64,000 nt of DNA, taken from assembly GCA_016875635.1 (NCBI GenBank), contig VGPD01000006.1:5229-69228 (forward strand), read 5' to 3'. Source of the DNA: Chloroflexota bacterium (GTDB lineage: Bacteria > Chloroflexota > Dehalococcoidia > UBA2979). Positions 9,963 to 19,975 of this stretch are shown here, piece after piece. Both the position numbers and the translations under genes were made by a program. Below the pieces are notes generated by a model that had not been told where the DNA came from, did not search any database, and saw nothing but the letters and a program-made list of their open reading frames with translations. Numbering within the stretch: position 1 is the stretch's first letter; the number at the start of each line of letters is the position of its first letter.

Positions 9963-11009
9963 GTGATCATCGTGATGAAGCCCGACCACACCCCGGCCCA
10001 GGCGGAGGCCGTCTCGGAGCGGCTCGCCAACTTCGGCCTGAAAGCCCAGCCGATCCACGGTGCGACCCGCACCGTCATCGCTGCCCTCGGCCAGGTCCTG
10101 CAGGACCACCGGGACGAAATGTCCATGATGCAGGGCGTCGACGAAGTCATCCGCGTCTCGAAGCCCTACAAACTCTCCAGCCGTGAGACACACCCCGCCG
10201 ATACCGTGATCGACGTCGGTTTCGGCGTGAAGATCGGCGGCGGCCGTCCTGTCTTCATGGCGGGCCCGTGCTCCATCGAGACCGAGGATCAACTGTGGGC
10301 CTCCGCCAAGGGCGTCCGCGAGGCCGGTGCGCACGTCCTGCGCGGCGGCGCGTTCAAGCCGCGGTCGTCCCCGTATGCCTTCCAGGGCCTCGGCGTCCCG
10401 GGGTTGAAGATGCTGCGCCAGGCGGGAGACGAACTCGGGATGCCCGTCATCACCGAGTGCCTGTCGGTCCGCGATATTGACGCGGTCGCGCAGTACACGG
10501 ACATCATCCAGATCGGCGCCCGCAACATGCAGAACTTCGTGCTGCTGGAGCAGGCGGGGAAGACGGGGAAGCCCGTCCTCCTGAAGCGCGGCATGGCCGG
10601 GACCATCGAAGAATGGCTGCTCGCCTCCGAGTACATCCTGTCGCAGAACAACCCGAACGTGATGCTCTGCGAACGCGGCATCCGGACGTTCGAGACCGCG
10701 ACGCGCAACACTATGGATCTCAATGCCATCGCGCTCGTGAAGCGGCTGTCCCACCTGCCGGTCATCTCCGACCCGTCGCACGGCACCGGCAAGTGGTATC
10801 TCGTCCGTCCGATGACGATGGCGTCGATCGCCGTCGGTGCTGACGGCCTCGAGATCGAGGTCCACCCGAACCCGGACCACGCGCTCTCCGACGGTGCGCA
10901 GTCGCTCACGCCGGCCAACTTCGCTGAGATGGCGAACGACGCGCGCGCGCTCGCAACCGCGATCGGCCGGCCGTTCGCGGATGTCCCCGCGCGCGCCGCG
11001 GCACGCTAG
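9963..11009 (+). CDS. aroG: 3-deoxy-7-phosphoheptulonate (DAHP) synthase, type I-beta with N-terminal ACT/ferredoxin-like regulatory domain
   Basis: GPCSIE, KPRSSPY, LKRG and DPSHG motifs of the KDO8PS-like class are present. There is an N-terminal regulatory domain of about 70 aa. Start GTG at 9963 (alternative ATG at 9975). Confidence 0.85.
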   Translation: MIIVMKPDHTPAQAEAVSERLANFGLKAQPIHGATRTVIAALGQVLQDHRDEMSMMQGVDEVIRVSKPYKLSSRETHPADTVIDVGFGVKIGGGRPVFMAGPCSIETEDQLWASAKGVREAGAHVLRGGAFKPRSSPYAFQGLGVPGLKMLRQAGDELGMPVITECLSVRDIDAVAQYTDIIQIGARNMQNFVLLEQAGKTGKPVLLKRGMAGTIEEWLLASEYILSQNNPNVMLCERGIRTFETATRNTMDLNAIALVKRLSHLPVISDPSHGTGKWYLVRPMTMASIAVGADGLEIEVHPNPDHALSDGAQSLTPANFAEMANDARALATAIGRPFADVPARAAAR

Positions 11010-11017
11010 TCGCTCCC

Positions 11018-11893
11018 GTGACATCCGAGCAGGACGCGGTCGCACCGGTGTCTCCCCTTCCGGGGGAGACACCGGCCGACGCGTCTTCAGATATGCCCGC
11101 CGACGGCATCCCGGATGTTGAGCCCGACTTTTCGTTGACGCTCCCCGCGTTCGAGGGCCCGCTGGCCCTGCTGCTGCACCTCATCGAGTCCTCTGAGCTT
11201 GACGTGACGGAAGTGTCACTGCTCCAGGTCACCGACCAGTACCTCCAGCATCTCCGCTCGCGCGAGCACATCGATATCGGCGCGCTTGCCGAGTTCATCG
11301 CGATCGGTGCGCGGCTGCTCCTCCTGAAATCGCGGGCGCTCCTCCCGCGCGAGACGGACGCGGTGGTCGAAGACGAAGAGGACACCGCCGCCGACATCCG
11401 GGGCCTCGTGGAGGCGCTGCGGGACTACCGTCGCTTCAAGCAGGCCGCCGAGTTCCTCCGCGCACGTGACGGTGGCCACGGCACCTACCGTCGCGAAGTC
11501 GTGCCGCCAAAGGTGCCGATGCCCACCGGCCTCGACACCGTCACGCTATCCTCGCTCGTGGACATGATCCGCGAGGTGATCGCCCGGCTGCCGGACGAGG
11601 AGCCCGCGGGGGAGGTGGCACGAGAGACCGTCCGGCTCCGCGACCGCATGAGCCGCCTCGCGGACCTCCTCGACCGCGATGGACGCACCTCGTTCCGCCG
11701 CCTGATCGAAGGGGCGACCTCGCGCACGATGGTCATCGTCGACTTCATGGCCGTCCTCGAACTGATCAAGCAGCGGTACCTGGCCGCGCAGCAGTCCGAC
11801 GCCTTCGGGGACATCGAACTGGTGCGCCTTGCCGGTGCGACGCGAGATGCGGTGGCGACCGCCGAGGCATCCGAGGACTTCACCGGTGTGTAG
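11018..11893 (+). CDS. scpA: segregation and condensation protein A
   Basis: The FEGPLALLLHLIESSELDVTEVSL kleisin motif is present. Confidence 0.8.
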   Translation: MTSEQDAVAPVSPLPGETPADASSDMPADGIPDVEPDFSLTLPAFEGPLALLLHLIESSELDVTEVSLLQVTDQYLQHLRSREHIDIGALAEFIAIGARLLLLKSRALLPRETDAVVEDEEDTAADIRGLVEALRDYRRFKQAAEFLRARDGGHGTYRREVVPPKVPMPTGLDTVTLSSLVDMIREVIARLPDEEPAGEVARETVRLRDRMSRLADLLDRDGRTSFRRLIEGATSRTMVIVDFMAVLELIKQRYLAAQQSDAFGDIELVRLAGATRDAVATAEASEDFTGV

Positions 11894-11923
11894 GGGCATC
11901 GTCCGTATCGCAGGAGGCGACTG

Positions 11924-12850
11924 ATGCTCCTCGTCCGCGACGAACTCCGCCGCAGCGTCACACCGGGAGACCACGCGCTCTCCATCGGCGTCTTCGACGG
12001 CGTCCACGCCGGCCACCAGGCGCTGATCAAGCGGATGCTGGATGAAGGCCGGTCTCGTGGGCTCACGGGTGGCGTGGTGACCTTCCACCCACACCCGCGC
12101 ACCGTCATCCGCCCCGACCAGCCCTTCGAGTACCTCGCCTCACTGGAACACCGGGTGGAACTGCTGCGCGCGTGCGGGGTCGACTTCGTGGCGGTGCTCC
12201 AGTTCACCTCCGAAGTGCAGCAGGTGAGCGCGGAGGACTTCTGCCGGCTGCTGGTCGAAGAGGCCCACGTCCGGCTCATCGTGGTGGGCGCGGACTTCCG
12301 TCTCGGGCGCGGCGGTGAGGGGACGGTGGCCCGCCTGGCGGAGATCGGCCGGGAACAGGGCTTCGAGGTCCTGCCTGTCGACCTCGTTGACCATGGCGCG
12401 GGCAGCGCGCCGATCTCGTCCACACGGATCCGGACGGCGCTCGCCGCTGGCGAGATGGAGGAGGTCCAGGCGCTCCTCGGGCGGCCGTTCTCGCTGCGCG
12501 GCCCGGTGGTGCTGGGCGACCAGCGCGGGCGCACGATCGGGTTCCCCACCTTGAACATCGGCGTGAGCGCGGACCGGGCGCTGCCGCCGGATGGTGTCTA
12601 TGTCACACGCGCCTACCTCCCGCGAGGCATCTTCAGCGCCGTGACCAACGTCGGTACCCGGCCGACCTTCGATGGCTCGTCACGTCGCGTGGAGACCCAT
12701 GTCTTCGACTTCGAAGGCGACATGTACGGCCAGGTCGTGACCGTCGAACTGCTCCACCGCTTGCGTGTCGAGCAGCGGTTCGATGGCGTCGACGCCCTCG
12801 TCGCGCAGATTAAGCAGGATGCCGCTGCGGCACGGGCCTGGCTCGCATGA
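11924..12850 (+). CDS. ribF: bifunctional riboflavin kinase / FAD synthetase
   Basis: GVFDGVHAGHQ, GFPTLN and FDFEGDMYG motifs are present. Confidence 0.88.
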   Translation: MLLVRDELRRSVTPGDHALSIGVFDGVHAGHQALIKRMLDEGRSRGLTGGVVTFHPHPRTVIRPDQPFEYLASLEHRVELLRACGVDFVAVLQFTSEVQQVSAEDFCRLLVEEAHVRLIVVGADFRLGRGGEGTVARLAEIGREQGFEVLPVDLVDHGAGSAPISSTRIRTALAAGEMEEVQALLGRPFSLRGPVVLGDQRGRTIGFPTLNIGVSADRALPPDGVYVTRAYLPRGIFSAVTNVGTRPTFDGSSRRVETHVFDFEGDMYGQVVTVELLHRLRVEQRFDGVDALVAQIKQDAAAARAWLA

Positions 12851-14064
12851 CCCGCAAAATGGCTCCCGTCGAGGAGCAGATGCGTGTCTACATGGCGGGC
12901 ACCGATTTCGGTGACGACGCCACGCGGCGCTCGATGGAGCGCGAGCTGCGCGCTCGTCTCGAGGAAGACCGTCCGCTGCGCGTCTACTGCGGCTTCGACC
13001 CGACGAAGGTCGACCTCCATCTCGGCCATGCGGTCCCCATGCGCAAACTGCGGCAGTTCCAGGAGTTCGGGCACGATGTCACGTTCCTGGTCGGTAACTT
13101 CACGGCGCTCATCGGCGACCCGACGGGTAAGGACGCCACCCGCCCGATCCTGACGCCCGCGGAGGTCGCGGAGAATGCGAAAACCTACACCGACCAGGCG
13201 TTCGTCATCCTCGACCGTGCGAAGACGAAGGTCGCCTACAACGCCGACTGGCTGAACGCCCTCGGTTTTGCAGACGTGCTGCGCCTCACCGGGCAGTACA
13301 CCGTCGCCCAGTTCCTCCGTCGCGAGAACTTCGCGAAAAGGTATGACGAGGGTGTCCCGATCCACGTCTCCGAACTCCTGTACGCCATGCTCCAGGCGTA
13401 CGACGCCTTCCACATGGAGACGGATGTCCAGATCGGCGGCTCCGACCAGCTCTTCAACCTGATGGCGGGCCGCCAGCTGCAGGAGGCGCAAGGCCAGCGA
13501 CCGCAGGTCTGCATCACCCTCCCGATCCTCGTTGGCACTGATGGCCACGAGAAGATGTCGAAGTCGCTCGGCAATTACGTCGGCCTGACCGACCCACCGA
13601 ACGAGATGTTCGGCAAGGTGATGTCGATCCCCGACTTCGCGATCGTGAACTACTACACGCTCGCGACTCCGCTCCGGCCGGCCGAGGTGGATGCCATCGC
13701 GCGCGACCTCGAGGCCGGGGTGTCTCGTCCGATGGAGGCCAAGAAGCGTCTCGCCGAGGAGATCACTGCCGTCTTCCATGGCCGCACCGCCGCCGAGGCC
13801 GCCCGCACCTACTTCGAATCCACGTTCCAGCGTCGCGAAACTCCGGAGGAGATGCCGGAGCACGCGGTCGAGGGCGAGGCGTCGCTGGCGGTGGTCCTTG
13901 TTGCGGCCCGCCTTGCGAAGAGCAACGGCGAAGTCCGCAGGCTCGTCGCTCAGGGCGCCGTGAGCGTGAACGGCGCACCGATCGCTGATGCAGTCCTGCC
14001 CGTGCAGCCCGGGGATGAGATACGCGTCGGCCGGCATCGGTTCTTACGACTTGTTCGTGCATAG
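12847..14064 (+). CDS. tyrS: tyrosine--tRNA ligase
   Basis: Class I HIGH-like LHLGH and KMSKS motifs are present, with a C-terminal S4 domain. ATGA overlap with ribF. Confidence 0.9.
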   Translation: MTRKMAPVEEQMRVYMAGTDFGDDATRRSMERELRARLEEDRPLRVYCGFDPTKVDLHLGHAVPMRKLRQFQEFGHDVTFLVGNFTALIGDPTGKDATRPILTPAEVAENAKTYTDQAFVILDRAKTKVAYNADWLNALGFADVLRLTGQYTVAQFLRRENFAKRYDEGVPIHVSELLYAMLQAYDAFHMETDVQIGGSDQLFNLMAGRQLQEAQGQRPQVCITLPILVGTDGHEKMSKSLGNYVGLTDPPNEMFGKVMSIPDFAIVNYYTLATPLRPAEVDAIARDLEAGVSRPMEAKKRLAEEITAVFHGRTAAEAARTYFESTFQRRETPEEMPEHAVEGEASLAVVLVAARLAKSNGEVRRLVAQGAVSVNGAPIADAVLPVQPGDEIRVGRHRFLRLVRA

Positions 14065-14139
14065 CGCCGAACGGCGGCGCCTGCGACACTCAGGGAGCCC
14101 TCACCACCATGTGAGGGATGCGGCGGGGAAGGCCGGGGA

Positions 14140-14592
14140 ATGATCGACGACGGTGTGGAACTCGACCTCACGGCCGTCTGTCAGAACATCGCCGAGGCCG
14201 AGGTGATCACCGTCTACTTCCCGCTCATCGGCCGGACCCTCCTCGTCGACGCCCGCCGTGCGGACAATGTGCCCACGATGGTGCGCGTGGTGCCGATGGC
14301 GCGTGACACCGCTGAACGCCTCCGCTCCCTGCGCCGCCTCCGTCCGATGCTCCCCCGCCCCGAGTCGATCACGATGATCCCGTGGCAGATGCGCGTGCAG
14401 ACGGTGGTCGCGACCGGTGTCTGGGAATGCCTGCTGCGGCGGATTGATGACCACCCCGCTGCAGAGGCCTGCCTGGCGCAGCTGCAGAGCCTCGAACGTG
14501 CCGAGCAACTCGACGCAATTCTCGGGCGGCGGTACGAGGCGCTCTGGACGCGCGAGGGCGCGCGCGAACATGCCGAAGAGGACGACCGATAG
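14140..14592 (+). CDS. hypothetical protein
   Basis: 150-aa ORF in a coding-dense context. No recognisable motif. Confidence 0.35.
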   Translation: MIDDGVELDLTAVCQNIAEAEVITVYFPLIGRTLLVDARRADNVPTMVRVVPMARDTAERLRSLRRLRPMLPRPESITMIPWQMRVQTVVATGVWECLLRRIDDHPAAEACLAQLQSLERAEQLDAILGRRYEALWTREGAREHAEEDDR

Positions 14593-14593
14593 C

Positions 14594-16333
14594 CTATCGG
14601 GCCGTCTCGAACCCGTCGTCCGACGCTGGACGGAGGTCCAGCACCTCGATCTGTAGACGAGCCTCTCCCCCGAACTGGTCGGAACGGAACGTGTAGACCA
14701 CGTCGGCGTCTTCACCAGGCGCGACCGCGGCGGCCGCCTGCCGGAACGCGATCGCGCGCCACGTCACGTTCCCCGCACGCAACGACATCTGCAGGTGCGC
14801 GCCGTCCGCGCCGACCGTCCGGCTGTCGGTCACTCGCACGCGCCGTGCCAGAAAGATCGGCGCCGGGTTGCCGTTCCCGAACGGCCCCAACAGTCCCAGC
14901 CACTGCACCATCCGCCGGTCGACTTCGGCCAGCGGCAGTTCCGCATCCACCTCCAGTGCGGCGACCAGCGCGGTCGGGTCGAGGTGCCGCGCGGTGTCTT
15001 CGACCAGCCGTGCCCGCATCTCCGGGATGCGCTCTGGCGCTACCGAGAAGCCAGCGGCGGCGCGGTGTCCCCCGTAGCGCAGAAAGAGGTCAGCGTTGCG
15101 CTGGAGGAGCGCCGTGACGTCGAACTCCGGGATGGACCGGCAGGATCCCCGTCCCTCACCCCCCTCGATGCCGATGGCGATCGCCGGCCGGTGGAATTCC
15201 TCAGCCAGTCGCGCGGCCACCAGGCCGATGATGCCCGAGGACATCTCGCTGGAGTCCACCACGATCAACGACGGCGGCGTGTCGCCGGCGAGCGCCCGCG
15301 CGAGCTCGACCGCGTGCGTCGTGGCGGCGCGGCGGTCGTCGTTCAGCTGCTCGATCTCCGCGGCGATCGTCCGCGCTTCCTCGATGGTTGGCGCGAGCAG
15401 GAGGTCGAGGGCGATCCGCGCGTGAGCCATCCGGCCGGCGGCGTTCAGCCGTGGTCCGATCACCCACCCGATGCTCTCCGCGTCGACCAGGCGCGGCTCG
15501 ATCCCCGCGACCGCGCACAGCGCGAGCAGCCCGGGCCGCCTCGTCGTGCGGAGCGCATCGAGGCCGATGCGGAGGAGGTCGCGGCACTCGCCGAGCAGCG
15601 GCGCGAGGTCACACACCGTGCCGAGGGCGACGAGCGCGCGGTGCGGGGCCGGGTCGTAGGACTGGCCGAGGCGGTCGTGCAGGTCGTGGATCACCTTGTA
15701 GGCGACGCCGACTGCCGCCGGCTCCGAGCCGTACGCGTTCCCGTTCAACTTGGGGTTCACGATCGCGAGGGCTTCCGGCAGTCGCTCCGGGATGGTGTGG
15801 TGGTCGATCACCACGACGTCCATCCCCAGCCCGTTCGCCTCCGCCACCTCGTCCACCGCCGATGTGCCGGTGTCCGCCGTGACGAGGAGGGTCGCGCCCT
15901 GGTCGGCGAGCCGCCGGATCGCTCGCACGTTGGGCCCGTACCCCTCGGTGAAGCGGTCGGGCAGGTACGGCATCGGCACCGCGCCGAGGGCGCGGAGCCC
16001 CTCGGTCAGCACAGCCGTCGCCGTCACGCCGTCCACGTCGTAGTCGCCGTAGACGGCCACCGTCTCGCCCGCACGGCAGGCACGGCCGAGCCGTTCCACC
16101 GCGACTTCGAGGTTGGGCATCAGCCGAGGGTCGGTCAGGTCGCGCGGACTGCCGAGGAACCGTCGCGCCGCATCGGCGGTCGTGACGCCTCGGCGCGCCA
16201 GCAGCAGCCGCATCAGCGGCGGGAGGCCGGGCCCCGCATCGTCGAAGCCACCGAGGTCGGGCGTGGCGTCGATGCGCCAGAGCCCACCGGATCCCGTTAG
16301 GACGCGTGCCGGAGCCGCCTCGGGGGCGACCAC
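14594..16333 (-). CDS. recJ: single-stranded-DNA-specific exonuclease RecJ
   Basis: DHH motifs (VYGDYDVDGVT, VVIDHH) and a DHHA1 C-terminus are present. Confidence 0.88.
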   Translation of the reverse strand: MVAPEAAPARVLTGSGGLWRIDATPDLGGFDDAGPGLPPLMRLLLARRGVTTADAARRFLGSPRDLTDPRLMPNLEVAVERLGRACRAGETVAVYGDYDVDGVTATAVLTEGLRALGAVPMPYLPDRFTEGYGPNVRAIRRLADQGATLLVTADTGTSAVDEVAEANGLGMDVVVIDHHTIPERLPEALAIVNPKLNGNAYGSEPAAVGVAYKVIHDLHDRLGQSYDPAPHRALVALGTVCDLAPLLGECRDLLRIGLDALRTTRRPGLLALCAVAGIEPRLVDAESIGWVIGPRLNAAGRMAHARIALDLLLAPTIEEARTIAAEIEQLNDDRRAATTHAVELARALAGDTPPSLIVVDSSEMSSGIIGLVAARLAEEFHRPAIAIGIEGGEGRGSCRSIPEFDVTALLQRNADLFLRYGGHRAAAGFSVAPERIPEMRARLVEDTARHLDPTALVAALEVDAELPLAEVDRRMVQWLGLLGPFGNGNPAPIFLARRVRVTDSRTVGADGAHLQMSLRAGNVTWRAIAFRQAAAAVAPGEDADVVYTFRSDQFGGEARLQIEVLDLRPASDDGFETAR

Positions 16334-16339
16334 GGACGG

Positions 16340-17587
16340 CTATCCCTCGTAGCGGCTGAAGATCAGCGAGGAGTTGTGCCCGCCGAACCCCAGCGAGTTC
16401 GACATCGCGTGCTTCAGGCTTACGTCGCGCGGGCCGCCGGCCACGTAGTCCAGGTCGCAGTCGGGGTCGGGCGTCAGCAGATGCAGCGTCTGGTGGATCC
16501 GCTGGTCGCGGATCGACAGCACCGTGACCGCCGCCTCGAGGCCGCCCGCCGCGCCCAGCGTGTGCCCGAACATCGACTTGCTGGACGAGACCGGGATGCC
16601 GGGCATCGACTCGCCGAAGACCGCCTTCAGCGACAGCGTCTCGAACTTGTCGTTGAGCGGGGTGCTTGTCCCGTGAGCATTGACGTAATCGATCTCCGCA
16701 GCGTCGATGCCCGCCTTCTTCAGCGCGATCCGCATGGCCCGCGCGGCCCCCTCGCCGTTCTCGGACGGCTGCGTGACGTGGAAGGCGTCCGCCGACTGCC
16801 CGTATGCCGTGAGTTCGGCGAGGATGGTCGCACCACGGGCCTCGGCATGCCCGCGTTCCTCGAGGACGAGGATGCCCGCGCCCTCGCCGAGGACGAAGCC
16901 GTCGCGGTTGAGGTCAAACGGCCGGCTGGCCGTCTCCGGGTCGTTGTTGCGCGACAGCGCGCGCGACGCGGCGAATGCGGCGATCGTCATGCGCGTGACA
17001 GAGGCCTCGGCCCCGCCGGCCACCATCGCGACGGCGTCTCCCCGACGGATCGTCTCGAGCGCGGTGCCGATCGCGTCCGCGCCCGACGCGCAGGCGGAGA
17101 CCGTGTTGAAGTTGGGGCCGCGCAGTCCAAAGCGGATTGACGTCTGTCCGGCTGCCATGTCGGGGATGAACATGGGTACGAGGAACGGCGATACGCGCGT
17201 CGGCTTCTCGAAGAAGACCTTGAACTCCTGCTCCAGCGTCTCCATCCCGCCGATGCCGGAGCCGATCATGCACCCGATCTCGTCCGCATCCGCCGCGACG
17301 TCCAGCCCGGAGTGCTCCAGCGCCTCGCCCGCCGCCATTACCGCAAGGTGGGTGAAACGGTCCATCCGCTTCGCCTCCTTGCGGTCGAGGTAGGTGGACA
17401 GGTCGAACTCGGGCACCTCACCGGCGACGCGGGTCGGCAGGTCCTCCGTCTCCACGCGGGTGATCGGACGGATCCCGTTCGTGCCGGCGAGCAGTGCCTG
17501 CCAGGTCGCCTCGCGCCCCGCGCCTAAGGCGCTGAACATCCCCGCACCGGTCACCACGACTCGACGATCCATCAGTCCCCCTCCCAC
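16340..17587 (-). CDS. fabF: beta-ketoacyl-ACP synthase II (paralog 2)
   Basis: Active-site Cys (VSACASG) and two His (HGTSTPLND, SKSMFGH) are present. Confidence 0.85.
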   Translation of the reverse strand: MGGGLMDRRVVVTGAGMFSALGAGREATWQALLAGTNGIRPITRVETEDLPTRVAGEVPEFDLSTYLDRKEAKRMDRFTHLAVMAAGEALEHSGLDVAADADEIGCMIGSGIGGMETLEQEFKVFFEKPTRVSPFLVPMFIPDMAAGQTSIRFGLRGPNFNTVSACASGADAIGTALETIRRGDAVAMVAGGAEASVTRMTIAAFAASRALSRNNDPETASRPFDLNRDGFVLGEGAGILVLEERGHAEARGATILAELTAYGQSADAFHVTQPSENGEGAARAMRIALKKAGIDAAEIDYVNAHGTSTPLNDKFETLSLKAVFGESMPGIPVSSSKSMFGHTLGAAGGLEAAVTVLSIRDQRIHQTLHLLTPDPDCDLDYVAGGPRDVSLKHAMSNSLGFGGHNSSLIFSRYEG

Positions 17588-18813
17588 CGCTTCACGATCA
17601 AGGCGGAGTTGTGGCCGCCGAGGCCCACCGAAGTGCTCATCCCATACCGCACGGCGGAGCGGCGCGCCTCGTTCGGGACGTAGTCCAGGTCACATGCCGG
17701 GTCCGGGGACGCGTAGTTGATCGTCGGTGGGACGATCCCGCGTTCGCAGACCAGCACGGTGATCGCCGCTTCCACGGCGCCCGCCGCCCCCATCATGTGC
17801 CCGTGCATCGACTTGGTCGAGGAGACCATCAGCGAGTCCGCGTGCTCGGCGAAGACATCGCGGATGGCCTTCGTCTCCACCCGGTCGTTCAGCGGCGTCC
17901 CGGTCCCGTGCGCGTTGATGTAATCGATCACCTCGACGCCGACCGCGGCCCGCGTAAGGGCGTCCCGCATCGCTTGCGCGATCCCGTGCCCGTCCTCGGC
18001 CGCCGCCACCATGTCATAGGCGTCGTTGCTCGTGCCGGCCCCAACGAACTCCGCGTAGATGTGGGCGCCTCGCGCTCGGGCATGTTCGAGCTCTTCGAGG
18101 ATCAGCACGCCAGCGCCCTCGCCGAGGATGAACCCGTTGCGGGTGGCGTCGAACGGCCGGACGGCCTTCGTCGGGTCCTCGGCGGTCGCGAGGGCCTTCA
18201 TCGCATTGAACCCGGCGTAGTAGACGGGCGTCAGCGGCGCTTCGTAGCCACCCGCGATGATCACCTCGCAGTCGCCGCGCGCGATGATCTCGGCGGCCTC
18301 GCCGGTGGTGGCGCCGCCCGTGGCGCACGCCGCTGTCACGGCGAAGTTTGGGCCCCGTGCACCGGTCTGGATGGCGATCAGGCCGGTCGCCGTGTCCGGG
18401 AGCATGTGGGAGATGAGGAACGGCGAAACCCGCCGCGGCCCCTTCTCCGCCAGCACTGCCGCCTGCTCCACGATCAACTGGGCGCTGCCGATGCCCGTGC
18501 CGATCACGACCCCCACCCGGCGCGCGTCCTCTTTCGCCATGTCGATTCCCGCGTCGGCGAGCGCGCGTTGCGCGGCGGCGATGGCGAACACCGTGGACCG
18601 GTCGAGACGGCGGAGGATCTTCGCGTCGACGTGCTCGGCCGGGTCGAAATCTCTGACCTCGCCCGCGATCGGGAACTCGTACGCGCTGGTGTCGAAGAGG
18701 GTGATCGTGCCGATCCCCGACCGTCCGGCGACGAGCGCCTCCCAGTTGGAGGTCACATCGTTGCCGAGCGGGGTGATGAGGCCCAGCCCGGTGACGACAA
18801 CCCTGCGCGTCAC
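17572..18813 (-). CDS. fabF: beta-ketoacyl-ACP synthase II (paralog 1)
   Basis: The Cys-His-His triad is present (TAACATGG, NAHGTGTPLND, STKSMHGH). Overlaps the downstream paralog by 16 nt. Confidence 0.85.
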   Translation of the reverse strand: MTRRVVVTGLGLITPLGNDVTSNWEALVAGRSGIGTITLFDTSAYEFPIAGEVRDFDPAEHVDAKILRRLDRSTVFAIAAAQRALADAGIDMAKEDARRVGVVIGTGIGSAQLIVEQAAVLAEKGPRRVSPFLISHMLPDTATGLIAIQTGARGPNFAVTAACATGGATTGEAAEIIARGDCEVIIAGGYEAPLTPVYYAGFNAMKALATAEDPTKAVRPFDATRNGFILGEGAGVLILEELEHARARGAHIYAEFVGAGTSNDAYDMVAAAEDGHGIAQAMRDALTRAAVGVEVIDYINAHGTGTPLNDRVETKAIRDVFAEHADSLMVSSTKSMHGHMMGAAGAVEAAITVLVCERGIVPPTINYASPDPACDLDYVPNEARRSAVRYGMSTSVGLGGHNSALIVKRWEGD

Positions 18814-19841
18814 GGCGTCGTGCGGCGGGCGGGGAGGACGGAGATCGGGATCGGCTTGTCGCGCGCGTCGTCCAGCGAGACCGCGGTGACCTCGCCCGCG
18901 ATCCGCTTCACCATCCGCGACAGGCTGTGGCCCGGACCGACTTCGATGAAGGTGTCGACCCCTTCACGCGTCATCCGGCGCACGTTCTCTGCCCATAGGA
19001 CGGGCGACTTCAACTGGGCCTCGAACTCCGCGCGGACCTCGGCGGCCGTTCGCAGGAGCTCGGCGGAGATGTTGGAGACGATCGGGCGGTCTGGGTCGGC
19101 GAACGGGATCTCCCGGATCACCTGCGCGAATTCGGCAGCCTGCGCCGTGTGCAGCGGCGTGTGGCTGGAGACCTTCAGCTTGAGCCGGATCGCCTTCGCC
19201 TGGAGCGCGCGCGCGCCTTCCATGGCGCGTTCAAGGGCGCTGACGTCGCCGGAGATTACCGTCTGCTGCGCCTCGTTGTGGTTCGCCACGTCCACACGGT
19301 CGTGCTCACCCAGCGTCGCCTCCACGCACAACTGCCGCACGGCTTCCGCGTCCATGCCGATGATGGCCGCCATGCCCACTGGTCGGTCTGCGTTGAACGA
19401 ACCCATCAGGCGCGAGCGCTCCATGATGATCAGGAGCGAGTCCCGGAACGAGATCGCGTTTGTCGCCACAGCCGCGCTGAACAGCCCGAGCGAGTGCCCC
19501 CCGAACAGCCGGGGGCGTACGTTTCCGCCCACCTCGTTCAGCTTCTCGCGCATCGCGCGGAGGAAGGCGACCGAAGTGGTCAGGACCGCCGGCTGGGTGT
19601 TCTCGGTCGAGGCGAGGTCGTCGGCCTCGGCGTCGAAGCAGAGCGAGGCGAGGTCGATGCCGGTGAGGTCGCTCGCCTCCTCGAAGGTCAGCCGGGCGGC
19701 CTCCGAGTTGGCATGGACCAGCTTCCCCATCCCAGGCGTCTGAGACCCCTGGCCGGGGAAGACGAGGGCGATGGAGTCGGTGGGTGGAGTGCTGGCGTCG
19801 CCCGATGTCAGCTCGGGATCAGGCCTGCTCGTGTCGGTCAC
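18810..19841 (-). CDS. fabD: ACP S-malonyltransferase
   Basis: FPGQGSQ and GHSLG motifs are present. Confidence 0.88.
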   Translation of the reverse strand: MTDTSRPDPELTSGDASTPPTDSIALVFPGQGSQTPGMGKLVHANSEAARLTFEEASDLTGIDLASLCFDAEADDLASTENTQPAVLTTSVAFLRAMREKLNEVGGNVRPRLFGGHSLGLFSAAVATNAISFRDSLLIIMERSRLMGSFNADRPVGMAAIIGMDAEAVRQLCVEATLGEHDRVDVANHNEAQQTVISGDVSALERAMEGARALQAKAIRLKLKVSSHTPLHTAQAAEFAQVIREIPFADPDRPIVSNISAELLRTAAEVRAEFEAQLKSPVLWAENVRRMTREGVDTFIEVGPGHSLSRMVKRIAGEVTAVSLDDARDKPIPISVLPARRTTP

Positions 19842-19975
19842 GCGGGGTTCCTCCGCGGTGTCCGCCTGCCCCGCCCGGGCGTTACGGACACCTGTTCGAC
19901 CTCTGAACTATACGCCCTGGCACCGTCCGGCGCGTCAACGATGTGTGTGCGCGAATCTGGCCCCGGCAGGATGTT

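Noticed and set aside
9789-11072. 427-aa minus-strand ORF opposite aroG (and similar ones at 12613..14037, 14795..16300, 17611..19743, 20117..21715, 25871..27283, 39754..41421, 61583..62764, 61590..62474)
   Set aside because: Long stop-free antisense frames are expected at about 70% GC. All overlap genes with clear homology-type motifs on the other strand.
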